Shown piece after piece: positions 50,791-63,399 of a stretch of DNA of 64,000 bases. Source of the DNA: Chiloscyllium plagiosum (lineage: Eukaryota). Positions within the stretch are counted from its first letter, which is position 1. The number at the start of each line of letters is the position of its first letter. Made by a program: the position numbers and the translations under genes. The stretch is from positions 6,503,142 through 6,567,141 of the forward strand of contig NC_057745.1 in assembly GCF_004010195.1 (NCBI RefSeq). The letters are read 5' to 3'. A model generated the notes under the pieces. It did not search any database. It was not told where the DNA came from and saw nothing but the letters and a program-made list of their open reading frames with translations.

Positions 50791-52772
50791 CAAGTTATCT
50801 TGTAGGATGTAATATCTAAATAATTTCTATAGTGAAGTATTGATCCTTTGCTGGGTACAGTTCCACAGACACAATCTAGATCATCTTTGTTCGTATGAAA
50901 TCCGACACTCTAAGGGTCAACAAGTTCTTCAACATTTGAAGGCATCATATTGGAACGCCCAAGCTCTGACCCCTCTTCCCAAGCTCCACTGTGCTTTCAG
51001 CAACTTAAACACCAGCATTAGCATCGACAACTTACATAGTTGCCTACAAAGGACACTTGCCTCATTTGTTTCACAACCCTGATGCGTAAATCAAAATAAA
51101 AGCAGCGGACATAGGGGGCCACCCAGTAGATGCCAGTCAAAGGCCTGGAACCTGGTATTTCTTCTTTCAGAGTGACTACAACTGAGAAAGAGGAACTCTG
51201 ACTCAAAATAATTGAAGCAAACTGGGGATCAGGCCGGTCGTGCACAACTCAGCTACAAGCTCAGTCTTTGAATGAAATAGATGGCCTGTGCTACAAATGG
51301 ATAAACAGCTTTTCCCAGCCTCACCAACATCATGAATTGTTGCCTCTTCATTAACATGACTTAACCCAATTTAACGGTTTTAGAGTTAACTTCACTTTTG
51401 AGTAATGGACTCAGAAACAATACTCCCAGTACTGAACCCAAGATTTCCTCAAATTTGTTTATGTTGAGCAAGATTTTTTTTTGGCCTATTTGTACCATTC
51501 ACAGGCCATAGGAAGATTTGGAACACGATTACTGGAAAACAATCTCCCTGGTACATCAGGCGATGTAAGATGGCATATTTCCAGAACTTTAATCCATGAG
51601 TTTTGGCGGCTAGTAAAAGCTAATGGCCAGTAAAATATAGGGAAATATTTTTCTGCCAGCTCTCTACTCTCCTACCCATGGTTCTTTACTGGAATATACT
51701 AATGCTTCGTGCTCAGATGTCCAGTTAGTTGAGACAATCTCTCCTACTATGGAAACCTTCACAGCTGAATTCAACCCATCATGACTAAATATTTACACAC
51801 ATTTTCTGGCAGGGGATTCTGTACAAAGAAAGGTAGTATTGCTACTGGACAAATATTTCCACTTTCCTAGCCCAGGAAGTGGAAGGTTGGCCAGACAGCC
51901 AGCTTGTAATACAGGGTGATGCCGATAGCATGGGTTCAATTCCCACACTGGCTGAGGTTACCATGAAGGATTCTCAAAATCAGTACTGAGAAAGATTCCT
52001 TTTTGGTGTATTTATACCATTTTTATAAAGTTTAGCTTTGAAACAGGATCATTTTACACATGAAAATGTTATGGAAAAATTATAGACAACCTGAGCTATT
52101 TTCAGTTAGTGCACAGTAAAACACTCATCTAAATATTGTATTCCCTTGATTGGTACTAAACCAAATTTCAGATCACTGGAGACTTTAATCACTCAACGAT
52201 AACTAGACTCTGGCAGCTGAAACAGAGTTTGGGCATTACACATTTTTTTTTCCAGTGTAACGCTTAAAAGAGAAGTACCTTGAATAATGAGATTTTCCAA
52301 CAAAAAATCATTGAATTGGAATACTTCAGCAGCGTGTTTCTGAATGCCTTGTTTTCTGGATGGGCCACGCGCAAGTACATTGCAAACTATTCGGGAAGAA
52401 CGTGCATGTCATTTTGCAATATAGCACTTAAAAAAAATCTTCCACCCTTAAAATGAGTTGGAGCTCTGACTGTACTTTGTCACAAAATAAAACAGAGAAA
52501 GCAATTCTACACCATAACCTGCTGAAAACAGTACATGACTTAATAAGCAATTGACTTGCAGTTTATGACTTGACAAATTTCAATGATATATCAATATTCA
52601 CACAACTCCTGAAACGTAACCATGTAGAATCAGCTACTTGGGAGTTTATGGTCCCATTATTATGCCTGCTTTTTGGCAAATTTTGACGATATTCCTGTTG
52701 AAATACTGGTAAGTAAACATTTAAAAGAACAAATTACAACAAGATAGATATTTAAGTCCAAGGTTTACTTAC

Positions 52773-52892
52773 TATCGAATTCATCGTCACTTGAGGAAGA
52801 ACCAAGAGAAAAGACAGTTTTAGGCTTAGGAAGGAGTGGAGAAATGCTCAGGGAAAAGGAGATTCTCTTCTTGGGCCTGGGGCGTCCAGGTT
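52773..52892 (-). CDS. AKAP13: AKAP13-like symmetric (cassette-type) exon (PGRPRPKKRISFSLSISPLLPKPKTVFSLGSSSSDDEFD)
   Basis: ttaacag acceptor, gtaagt donor; 120 nt, phase 1 to 1, stop-free, basic/Ser-rich peptide. Confidence 0.8.
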
Positions 52893-54377
52893 CTGTTAAC
52901 AGCAGAATTATAGCATGCATTTCACTGAAAGGAACCAAATCACAGGTTCATTTGACATCCGCCTACAGCTCCTTCACAATGACTGAAGCAAAAAGTCAAG
53001 CAGCAAGTTGTACACAGTGCAGGGCTGCATGCAGATTAATGGCAATGATTAAATCACCAGCTGGTAATTGGCACACATTGTGAAGAATAAGAGAGTAGAT
53101 CTAGAATTCAAGTCTGGAGACAGATCAAAGCATTCTCTGATTAGATTTTAACGATAAATGAATTGTTCTAGGTAACAAACCAATTTTAATTGTTTCTTAT
53201 TTTAACGTAGAAATTGGAAAAGAATTCAAACCAACGTTTCCACTGGCTCCTTGTCACTTTGGTATGCAAAATCTATTCTCTCATTTATCTCTATTCGAAA
53301 TAATGTAATCACTAGGACTTCAGTAAAAGCATATTAGTGGGCATGTAATATTTTCAGATTATGCCCACTTAACCCATGAAAAGCACCCCGCAGTATTAAT
53401 TCAGATCTTCCTGCTCCCGATCTTCCTGGCTTGTTGAGAGAGCATTTTCAGCACTTGAATGAAGCACTGGTGAAGATGCTTACTGATGGGACCACTTTGA
53501 GTTGATGGGTATGACACCAAGCACAATGTTAAGGCAGAATGATTTACCTCACACTTAAGACTTTGTTTAAAGCTGCTGTCGTCTTGAGGCATGGACAGAA
53601 ACCAGATTTAGAGACTTAAGTGTGGATGGGTGATAAAGATGCACACAAAATTGGGTTGAGACAATATATTCAGGGCTTTTGGAGAGGAACAGCAAATCAG
53701 AAATGGGGCAGTAGCTTGCAAACACTGGGGATCAAAGTGGGGTGCTCAGGTGAGGATGATGTCATGGTTTTGTGAGGTACAGCACACTTAAGAAGCAGCC
53801 CATTCAACAAATGGAGCTACAGCTCTTCCCAAACTCACCAAATATCATGAATGATTGCCTCTTCCTTAACATGATTTTACTTTGACAGTGCTTTAAAATT
53901 GCAGTTGTTAATGAGCTCAGAAACAATAACTCCAGTATTGATACAAATTTGAGAAAATTTTGGTTTACGTTGAGAAAGATTTTCTCACATTTATATTGGC
54001 TTTCTGCAAAAGTAATTTAACCAATGTCACGGCTCTGCCATTTCCCTGGAGCTCTGAAAGTCTTTCCTCTTTAGATACTGATCAAATTCTCTCTGAAAGG
54101 CCATAACTGAATCTGCCTCCTCCACACTCTCAGGCAGCAATTCCAGATCCTAACCACAAGCGGCATTAGAAACTCTCCCCCCGTCCACCCCACTAAGGGA
54201 CTGCTTGTTCTCAATTCTTGGGAAGAGTTTCTTCCTGCCCAGATCCCTCCTGATTTTATACACCTCTACCATATCTCCTCTCAATCATCTCCTGTTTAAG
54301 GATGTAATCAACTAGCTTCAAAGACAAAAGGTGGCCAACAATTTAATGCATATGCATCAGAAGGCCAGCAGATAATC

Positions 54378-54652
54378 ACCGAATCCTTACAGTGCAGAAG
54401 CAGACCAATCAGTCCATCAAGTCCACACTGACCCTCTGCGGAGTATCCCATCAGTTCCAACTCCACCCGGACCCTCTCTTTGCAATGCCCCTGTCCAATC
54501 CACCTGACCTCCATACCTTTGGATTGTGGGAGGAAACTGGAGCACCTGGAGATATGTGCAAATTCCATAGAGAGTTGCCTGAGGCTGGAAGCGAACCTGG
54601 GTCCCTGGTGCTGTGAGCCAGCCGTGCTAACTACCGAGCCACCATGCTGCCC
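54378..54652 (-). mobile_element. HE1-related SINE, degenerate
   Basis: V-domain and head remnants. Confidence 0.75.
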
Positions 54653-56307
54653 TTGAAGGTCCCTTAAGTCTCAAGGAAAAAGGACAACATCACAGCCATT
54701 GTGTCCATTGTGAAACCAGGAGTGCATTACGGAGGTTAGGAGAAAAGTTAGATAATAGATGTGAGTGTGGTGTTGTAGCTAGGTGTAGGGGGAGGGTTTG
54801 TGCATGTAGTTTGACTTGGTGGGGAAGGAACGGAATAGAAAAGATAAATATCCTGATAATTAAAGTCACAATCAGGCCATTTTGGGCAACTAGTCTTTGG
54901 AAAGATGTCCAGATTGTGGGATGTCAGGATGTTACTGCATATAAACGACTTCAGTTTTGAAAACCTAGTGCTCCATGAGTTTTAACAATATAAACAGGGA
55001 AATCCTCCTGTAACTGTGTTGGCCAATCCATACATATTAAGCTTCTTGTCAAAAGAATGCAGGGAGGAACTTGGAGATTTTTCTGTAAACAAGCAGAGAA
55101 CTCAGAACATGAAATTCTTGCCAAATGAAGAGTGATTGAAACAAAATTCATGACAGCTTCAAAAAGGGAATTAAATAATTATTTGAGAAACAGAAAATAC
55201 TGAGCTTTCTGAAAAGAGAGAACATGATTAACTTAATAGTTTTATCAAAGTCACTTTAGACACACTGGGCTGAATGGCTTTCTCCCAACCTTCCAAGTAT
55301 GATCTGTAGCCAATAAACTTCAGAGATTCACAATTTAGCTTTGACGTCAATGAACCAGTCAGCTACAATTCTTAGTTGATTCCATTCTCACAAATAGCAT
55401 TAATAAAACCATGAGATATTTTCCAGTCATTGATTACTGAACACAAATTTCTAAATTAAATATCAAATATTATGCAAACAGCATATGTCTACTTCCTTTA
55501 TTACAACACCACAGCAAGACACATCTTTCCGTTCTAAATCTGCAGACTTTTATGGAACTTGGTCCAACTGACCTCCATAACTTTCCCATTTAACCCACCT
55601 CTTTATTTGCCTTCCATTATTTTATGTCAACACAAAATTTTCCAAAAGCACTCAAATAAGGCATTAGTAACTCCAACCTCAATCACAGTATGAGTCATCA
55701 CTTTCAAAGTGCTGATTTGTATGTTGCTCATGCGCATTAAAGTAAACTTAAACCAAAGTCACTGACATTCATTATTTCAGCCTGATGCAAGTATTGCTTA
55801 AATTCTGCATGGATCTGTTCAGGAAAAGCAAACCAGCTCAGCTAGTTCCAAAGGAAGTGGCCAGACCTCAGTTTGAAAGCTGTAGTTAATGTTCATACAA
55901 GACTTGTACATTCTCAGAACAGTCAGCCACCTATATTCACACTGTTTCCCATTATTCAATAAACACGAGAAAAGCATTCATCAGCCAGCTGCTTATGCTT
56001 TTAATCTGGGTGTATAATTTTGGTCAAGTAACTCAAATTATTTTTAGAAATGCAACGTTAATTGCTGTTTACTGCAGATGAAAGACATTAAAATGCTTTG
56101 AGACTTGGTCCAGCACCTTTCAAACACCATGCTTCTTCCACTTTATGGACAGTTGCCAATATTTTCATACTGCTGCACTAAATTAAAGATGTACATGCCT
56201 GCACAAAGTGATTCATTTTTGCACTAGGAAACTGGATGCAACATTAACATTCACAAAGGCTTACTGCTCCCAGCAAACCTTGGACAAACTTTGCAAACAT
56301 TTAAAGG

Positions 56308-56490
56308 TTGAGGATGTGGTGTTGGAAAAGCATAGCAGGTCAGACAGCACCCGAGGAATTCCTGATGAAGGGCTTTTATCCAAAATGTCAATTCTCCTGA
56401 TCCTCGGATGCTGCCTGACCTGCTGTGCTTTTCCAGCACCACACTCTCAACTCTAATTTCCAGCATCTGCAGTCCTCACTTTCACCTAAG
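56308..56490. mobile_element. Palindromic Penelope-derived element with decayed hammerhead and 10-bp TSD CATTTAAAGG
   Basis: cctgatgaagggcttttatccaaaatgtc; TSD at 56298-56307 and 56491-56500. Confidence 0.78.
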
Positions 56491-56634
56491 CATTTAAAGG
56501 AATCACTCTAGCACCAAGTTACTCCTGCTGGTTCCTGATCTAGTGTTGTCAGGCACTTGAAAGGTAAACAGTCCAGAACGGTCCACGTGGTTGGTAGTAA
56601 GACATGGTGACTGTTGCAAATTTACCTCTGATTA

Positions 56635-56878
56635 GAATTATAGAATCCCTATACTCAGGAGCAGGACATTCGGCCCAGTGAGTCCACACCGACACTCCAA
56701 AGAACATCCCACTGAGACCCACCCCCTACCCTAAACCTGTAACCCTGCATTTCCCATGGTTAATCCACATAGCCTAAACACCCCGGGCACTATGGCAATT
56801 TAGCACAGGCAATCCATTTAACCTGCACATCTTTGGACGATCGGAGAAAACCCATGCAGACATGGGGAGGATATGCAA
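56635..56878 (-). mobile_element. HE1-related SINE, 5'-truncated
   Basis: taacctgcacatctttggac and tail catagaatccct-like motifs. Confidence 0.75.
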
Positions 56879-57209
56879 GATTAAAGACATTACACAAATG
56901 TAAATTGTTGTTTTGCTGCACACCTCTCCCTCTCATCACCCTGTCTAAAAAAGTGCAAGCACAACGCAAAGTGATAATGGAACGAGAAGGCCACTCATTT
57001 CCATCACTGTAACATCACTTGGCTCCAATTCTGGCTCAACCCTTAAAGTAGATGAATTCTAATTCATACTTTTCTTACTTCTGGACCGGACTATTCTAAC
57101 CTCCAACTCTTATAAACACAAGACCTTTCAAAACTTAATTGCTGCTGTCTCCAGCTTACATCAATTCTTGCTCATCCACAATGACTCTTGCTTAAGAAAG
57201 TACAGTGAT

Positions 57210-57492
57210 TGTAACGAGGTCAGCCAGGTGGACCTCAGAAAATAGGAGTTCCCTGATTAGGGCTGTTAACCTGGTCCAATCAGGGAGCCCCATCTGACAG
57301 ATAAGAACAGAATGTCTAAATAAAATATATAAAAAGAACAGAATGTCTAAAGAAGTAAAAAAGAACAGAATGTCTGAGATCCTGTTCACTCAGAGCTGGC
57401 TCTGAGGGAGCTGGATCAGTGTCAAGGGCTCTCCATGTGTAAATAAAGGGTGACTTGGCAATGAGCTTCCAGCCTCTTGTGGAGTTATTTCA
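57210..57492 (+). mobile_element. Solo-LTR-like element (TG...CA) with internal triplication
   Basis: Begins tgtaacg and ends ttatttca; CCAAT-like motif, AATAAA near 57442. No clear flanking TSD. Confidence 0.65.
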
Positions 57493-57632
57493 GAAAGAAC
57501 GAGAAAAGTTTTCATATTAGTTTTCAAATCCCTTTGTGGAACTGTATCTCTGCTCAGCTTTAATATCTACAGCCTCATAACCCTCCAAGATCTCGGTGTT
57601 CCTCCAATTTTGAGTGCTCTACCATTGACAAG

Positions 57633-57853
57633 TACAGGTGATTGTTTTATAACGCGATGGTTCCATTTTTGTGCAATCCTGCATTGTACAAAAATCACAC
57701 TTTAGAAACAACGGTTAAAGTATTGATGATATCATTGCATTACAACCAGCACACATTTTAAAAGTTTGTGCCTTAGAAACAGTCTCCCCAATTTATCAAT
57801 TGTGTTACAGCAAATTTGTATTAACTAAACACGTTTTATAGCAGAACGACCCG
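57633..57853. mobile_element. Tigger/pogo-like MITE
   Basis: TA followed by caggtgattgttttataacgcg; other end acgttttatagcagaacgacccg. Confidence 0.65.
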
Positions 57854-60800
57854 TTTTACCTGCTGAAGCTTTAAATTCCAGAATTCGCTCCCCAAATCTC
57901 TCCATCTCACTTCACCCCTTTAAATGATCCTTGAAACCTTCCTGTTCAATCAAGCTTTTAGTCCCTTGTTCTAATATCTTGTGTGGTTAGGTATAAAATT
58001 TCTGTTTCATAATGCTCCTGCGAAGAACCTTGGGATGCCATACTCCATAAAGGCACTCTCTCATTGCAATTCATGGCTGTGTGAAAGCAACCTATTTAGT
58101 AGCTAGATATGCATGTGAAGTCATACACTTTTAGCATTTGTGATGGCTTTCTCTGGCAGGACGTGGGATGATCAATGTGCATGGTGCATGACTAAGAATA
58201 TCAGTGCTAACAGGAACTTGAAAGTTTCCTTTGAAACGGACATCTGAGAACTAACACTGTCCACAGTGCAGTTCAGCAATTACATGATTGCTAAATTATG
58301 TTTGCACAATGATGCAAATCTTCTAAACCATAAATGGTTACTACCTTGGGGAAGTGACTTACTTAACAGATCTGTGGCCATGTACCCCAAGTATGATCTT
58401 GGTGTACCTGATAGGGTTGGCAAAAGGAAATACTTCAAAGTGAGATGACCCACACTAGAAAGTGCACATTCAGTTGTTGAGCAATCACAGCTAGACTCTG
58501 TCTGTTCTGCTCCCCGGTGTTTGAGTCACTTCCATCTCGGAGACAGCTGACAATCCAGTGGAACTGTAACACATCAAGCCTCAATACAGTGGCTCCAATT
58601 TTGGCATTAAAAGGTTAGTTATGTCATCTTCTGTGAACTGAAAGAACCCAGTGGTGGCTGATGCTTTGGTTCAGAAAATACAACTTTTTTTATTTTACTA
58701 AAGGAAAGCAGAAGTTTTGGAATGATGTTACTGTCTTAAAGAGGAAGGTCAAATCTAACAGCATATTGCAATATGGTGATTACTGTGCTGAAAGACAAAT
58801 CAGGAGAGTTTGAGGTTAAACCATACCCTCGTCAGTGATGCTATTCAATTAATTAACTTATTAATGAGTCCATGAAAAGTGTTAAGTAAAAACCCATTTA
58901 GGATATCTTTCTGAAGGGTATGAGTGAATCAAGAGAACCCCACATTGCGAAACTACAGCTGTGTATATGTCGCACTGAACAGGGTAGGCTAGGACCTGCA
59001 AACCTCCTTTCCTGCGGCGCACAAGTTTCAAACTCTGGGGGTGGGGAATGTACCTTCTAGCTGGACAAGTGCTCTGAGAATAAATGCAACCCTGCCAGAC
59101 TAAAACTAGATAAGGAATAGCAAACAACACACACACACACATAGTCTTTTCATTTTGTGATCTGTACTGTGTTCTCTTCAATTCCCTCAGTAACTCTACA
59201 TTAAAATTTACAGTCAAAAACTTCACACTTCTGCTGTAGAACTAGATTTCCCACTTGTCTGCAAAAAAAAAATTGACCACTTTTTTTTCCCTGTCAACAT
59301 GAATCCATTCTCTTCAATGAATAAATGCATTCGTACTTGGCTACGAATATTCCAGTTTTGCAAAAGAGCAGGCAACTGTATTTATTGGTGTCATTGGAGG
59401 AATTACCAATTGTTTCTTGATATCTACCTAAAGATATTCTAGTTGTGAATTAGCCGTTTTAGTCATATGAAGACTCATGGCAGGATCTTGTGACCGTAGA
59501 CTGATATCATCCTCAATTCAAGGGGTAATCCGTGACAATGAATTTTTATTTAGAAGTAAACTATTCAGAAATATTCTAAAGAAAAGCAACCATGGTCATT
59601 GGCTTGAGTACAGCTAGTGTGAACTACAGGACAGCTCCTAATTTTACAGCTACGGCCAAACGATCTGCAACCACTCTCTCCTTAGGACTCATGCATAAAC
59701 AGATAAGCTCAAGAGGCCAACTGATCAAGTACATTTACCAATAATCACCTTGGCCTTTAAAGTAAAACGGAAACACAGGCTGCGTGATTTTCAATTATTG
59801 TACCTACAAGTTCATGAAATCCACACCATAACATCTCTATGACACTGAAAGTACACCAAAGCTTCTCAAATCATTAACTGTATGACTAGAACAACAGCTC
59901 AAAAAGAACGCAAACATATATAAAATATAAACACGAATCCTCCTTCTCTGTTCTCCTTATATCTTATTTTATCTTAACTCTTTTCCTAACTATTGAAGCC
60001 ACGACATAAATAAATTTATATTAAAGCTACAAAGCATATCTTAAGGTCACCTTGTTCACCTTTGAAGTGTAATGTCCATTATTGGATGGGTTAGTGGAAC
60101 ATCTCACAGCAGCAAAGTAACAAATAACAATAAGATGAAAGACAAGTTTGAAAGTAGGAAAGTGAAAAGGAAGGGTGAGAAGAATGAGCTTCATGAGGGT
60201 CAGGAATGAGTTGATAGCCATGTTTCAGTTCATTGTCTGAGGCAGAAGGTTGTAACTCGGATTCCCAATCTATTATCAGAACACTTGAAACACCACAGTA
60301 TTCAATACTATGGGTGAAGGGAGAATGGGATTAGAGCAGATGGGTATATGATGACTACTGTGGAGATGACGGGTCAAAGAGCTATTTACTCACTGTAATA
60401 CTTAATGATCCCATGACATTTATAAAGCAAGATTATCACACTGACAATAGAATAAATGATTTCCCGCACTAATGGCATTGTGGGTCAACCCACATCAGGA
60501 GGACTGCAGGAGTATCAAGAGGCAGCTCAAGGGAGTCTAGGGAAGGGCATTAAATCCTGGCCCAGCCAGTGATGCCAACATCCCAAACATGATTAAAAGA
60601 AAGATTCATTTGGAATGAGGCTTTTTCCTCAGCTTGCGCACGCTATATCCTTCCAAACAAAGGCATCATGGGAACAGATTATTCCCACATCTATCCATCC
60701 CCATTGCCGTGAAATTCCTTTAAACCTTCAAGGTTAATCTGTTACTTATGCCCAACACCCTTTGTACCCTAGGTCTTCCAGTAAAGTAATCAAAAGAACT

Positions 60801-61827
60801 AAAATCTCTTCACCTGCCAGGGACAAACCTCAAGCTGGTGCAGAAATATTTCACCTAAAGGTCAGGTGAGATGACTCACTATCGCATTTCCACTCGATAT
60901 TCCCAATCTCTGTCAACAGTCCACATCAATCACTCTTCTATCTCTAAAACAGAAGACCATGGGCTCAAGGCCCACTCCAGGATTCAATGCCTTACAACAG
61001 ATGGCATTTCAATGCAGTGGAGGGACTGCAGCACTGCTGGGAGTGCAATACATATTGAAGTGGATGTCAAAAAGCCCAGCCACTATTCAGAACAGCATGG
61101 ATGTCCTGTGTGTCCAAGCCATCACCATTCTTCAAGCATTGCCAACAAAACACATTAACTGGTCATTTATCTCATTGCTTGGCCTTTGTTGTAGGCAGAG
61201 GGATTGCCACGGTCTTGTCCAAAATCACAGAGGCTTCAATTCAAATGTCATTTCTTGGTTTGACACAGTTCCTGAAAGCGTGCAAGGGGCTGTCTGAATC
61301 TAAACACTCTTCTCTCTTCTTTGATGCCCAGTCTGTGAGGAGTTAGCTGGGTTCAAGCTGTGACAATGGCCAATCAAGCCAACACCTCCACGCTTTAAAA
61401 AAAAGGTCAATTTTTAATTGCTCTGAATCCAGTTTTACTTACTCGGGTGCCATTGCAAGGCCAGCATTCATTGTCCATCCCTATCTACGTGTGTCTGGAT
61501 ATGGGGTGAATGAGAGCATGGGATTTTGCTATGGTGTCCTTTACAGTTGTATTGCTTGTGTCTATTGACGGTTAAGGTTTACCCACAAACACCAGCTGTT
61601 ACTGTTATGGTATGGAAGGAGCGTAGCACTGCAAGGAGTATTGCAGCAAGGAGTGGACACCATTCAAGACGGGGTGAAAACTGGAGAACAGATGAAGCAT
61701 TGAAAATAAAACCATTTAAAATAAGCTCAAGACTTTCAGCATCTTCACTTTTGCTTGCTCTGAACACGTATCATTTTAGTTAGTAATCTTTGTGTATTAG
61801 AATGCTGAAAATCTATTCAGTACTTAC

Positions 61828-61906
61828 TGTCTACATTCGGTGGGTTAATGGCTTGTAGTGAAATGGATTTCATCAGTGGAGGAACAGAATGTACCCTCAT
61901 CGATTT
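61828..61906 (-). CDS. AKAP13: AKAP13-like exon (KSMRVHSVPPLMKSISLQAINPPNVD)
   Basis: ttgtttccttacag acceptor, gtaagt donor; 79 nt, phase 0 to 1, in frame with neighbours. Resembles AKAP13 PLTKSISLMTISHPGLD. Confidence 0.85.
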
Positions 61907-62344
61907 CTGTAAGGAAACAACAGATTTGCTTTTGAATTTCCTTTTACCTAATATTCTGCAAAATTACAGGCAGGTTCTAAAAGTCCCAACTAGGTAGTAA
62001 AGTTGTTACATCAGCACTAAAACCTATATTCTGTGCAACAGATCAAGAGAGAGAAGATATCAGTCACAATCAATAGTTTACTAGAGCTACTCATGAGGTT
62101 TACACTGTCTATGCCAAAATAGTTGATGAAGTAATTGCAGTGCGATGCACCTGTGCTGAGTATTTCCTACATTTAAACAACGACTACACTTTAAAAGTAT
62201 TGCATTGTGTACGAAGCACTTTGGAACATCATGAGACTGTGAAGTGTGCATGTGTAAAGGCATCTGGCCTCCTCCTTCTCGTACAGTTCACTTTTTGTCT
62301 CTGAGCTTAATCCAGTTTTACCACTCTTAATCCAACCATTACCA

Positions 62345-62697
62345 CCCGATGCCTGAAGGAGGACACCTCATACTCTGTCTTGGGACCCTGCAAGCACACG
62401 GAATAAATGTGGATTTCAACAGCTTCCTAATTTCCTCTCCCCCAACATTATCTCAGTTCCAAGCCTCCAACTCTGCACAAGCCTCCAGACCTGCCACCTC
62501 TGACCTATCACCTTCTCCCACACCTTCATCCACCTATCGCTTTCCCAGCTACCTCCCTTCCCCACCACCTCCCATTTATCTTTCAGCCCCGACCCACAAA
62601 CCTCATTCCTGATGGAGGGCTTATGTCTGAAATGTCGACTCTCCTGCTCCTTGGATGCTGCCTGACCTGCTGTGTTTTTCCAGCACCACACTCGCGA
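62345..62697 (+). mobile_element. Penelope-like element 3' fragment: GIY-YIG endonuclease C-terminus, pyrimidine-rich UTR, decayed hammerhead
   Basis: HLILCLGTLQAHGINVDF fits the Penelope endonuclease terminal motif (L-TL-P-G[IL]N); ctgatggagggcttatgtctgaaatgtc core; cttaatccagt on both flanks. Confidence 0.8.
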
Positions 62698-62857
62698 CTT
62701 AATCCAGTCTTGCTGAGCTCAGCTTAGGTTTCTTACTCTGCCATCAATACGGGCCTTGACCCTTTCACCCATATCGCGCAATTTTAATCAAATAAAATAC
62801 AAGCTGAACAGCTCTGGCTGTGGTCACAGGACATTCCTTTAAAAGTGGTGACCTTAC

Positions 62858-63053
62858 CGGGTTGTCAAACACACTGCCATCGCTGTGGTCTGACTCCATC
62901 TCTTCCTCGGTCAGTGAGACAAGTGATCCACGCTCATCGGTGCTGATGATTGGAGCTCGGCGAGGGTCGCGGGAATTTTGCAAAACGGACTCCGCAGTGT
63001 GTGACGTTTCCTTGGTCACCTCGTTGTTATGTACCAGACCTTCCAGGCTGTAA
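62858..63053 (-). CDS. AKAP13: AKAP13-like RhoGEF internal exon (YSLEGLVHNNEVTKETSHTAESVLQNSRDPRRAPIISTDERGSLVSLTEEEMESDHSDGSVFDNP)
   Basis: cattcag acceptor and gtaagg donor; 196 nt, phase 2 to 0. Peptide resembles the recalled AKAP13 motif FSLEGL...SLVSLSEEDLESD. Paralogue assignment (AKAP13 vs ARHGEF18/ARHGEF28/ARHGEF2) is from memory of the family. Confidence 0.85.
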
Positions 63054-63399
63054 CTGAATGCACATAGGACATATAGTCAATCCACAACAATTTTGTGTTA
63101 ACTTGGAAAATGGCCTGTGGCAAATTTTCTCCGAGTGTTTCCCCATCAACACTTCCATGAACACACTGATAAGTGCAAGAGTTAACTTCCATTAACAATT
63201 CAGTTTGCAAATAGGGGAATAATGAGGAATAATACATGTACAGGAACACGTCTCAGGACGGAGGATGAGATGACATCAATACAATCATGATATAAAGAGG
63301 AACAAGAGGGGTGGAAGGTGGAGAAATGCCAAGGGGAACATTAGGGATGGAGATGAGATGGTATGGGGCTTGAGGGCATTACCTGAAGTGGAGCCAATG

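Noticed and set aside
57303-57375. CRISPR-like repeat-spacer pattern
   Set aside because: Vertebrate DNA, 15-bp repeats with 12-16 nt A-rich spacers and no cas genes; better explained as target duplications.
58827-58840. 14-nt AG...GT microexon reading SITDE
   Set aside because: No polypyrimidine tract, and the phase is incompatible with the flanking exons.
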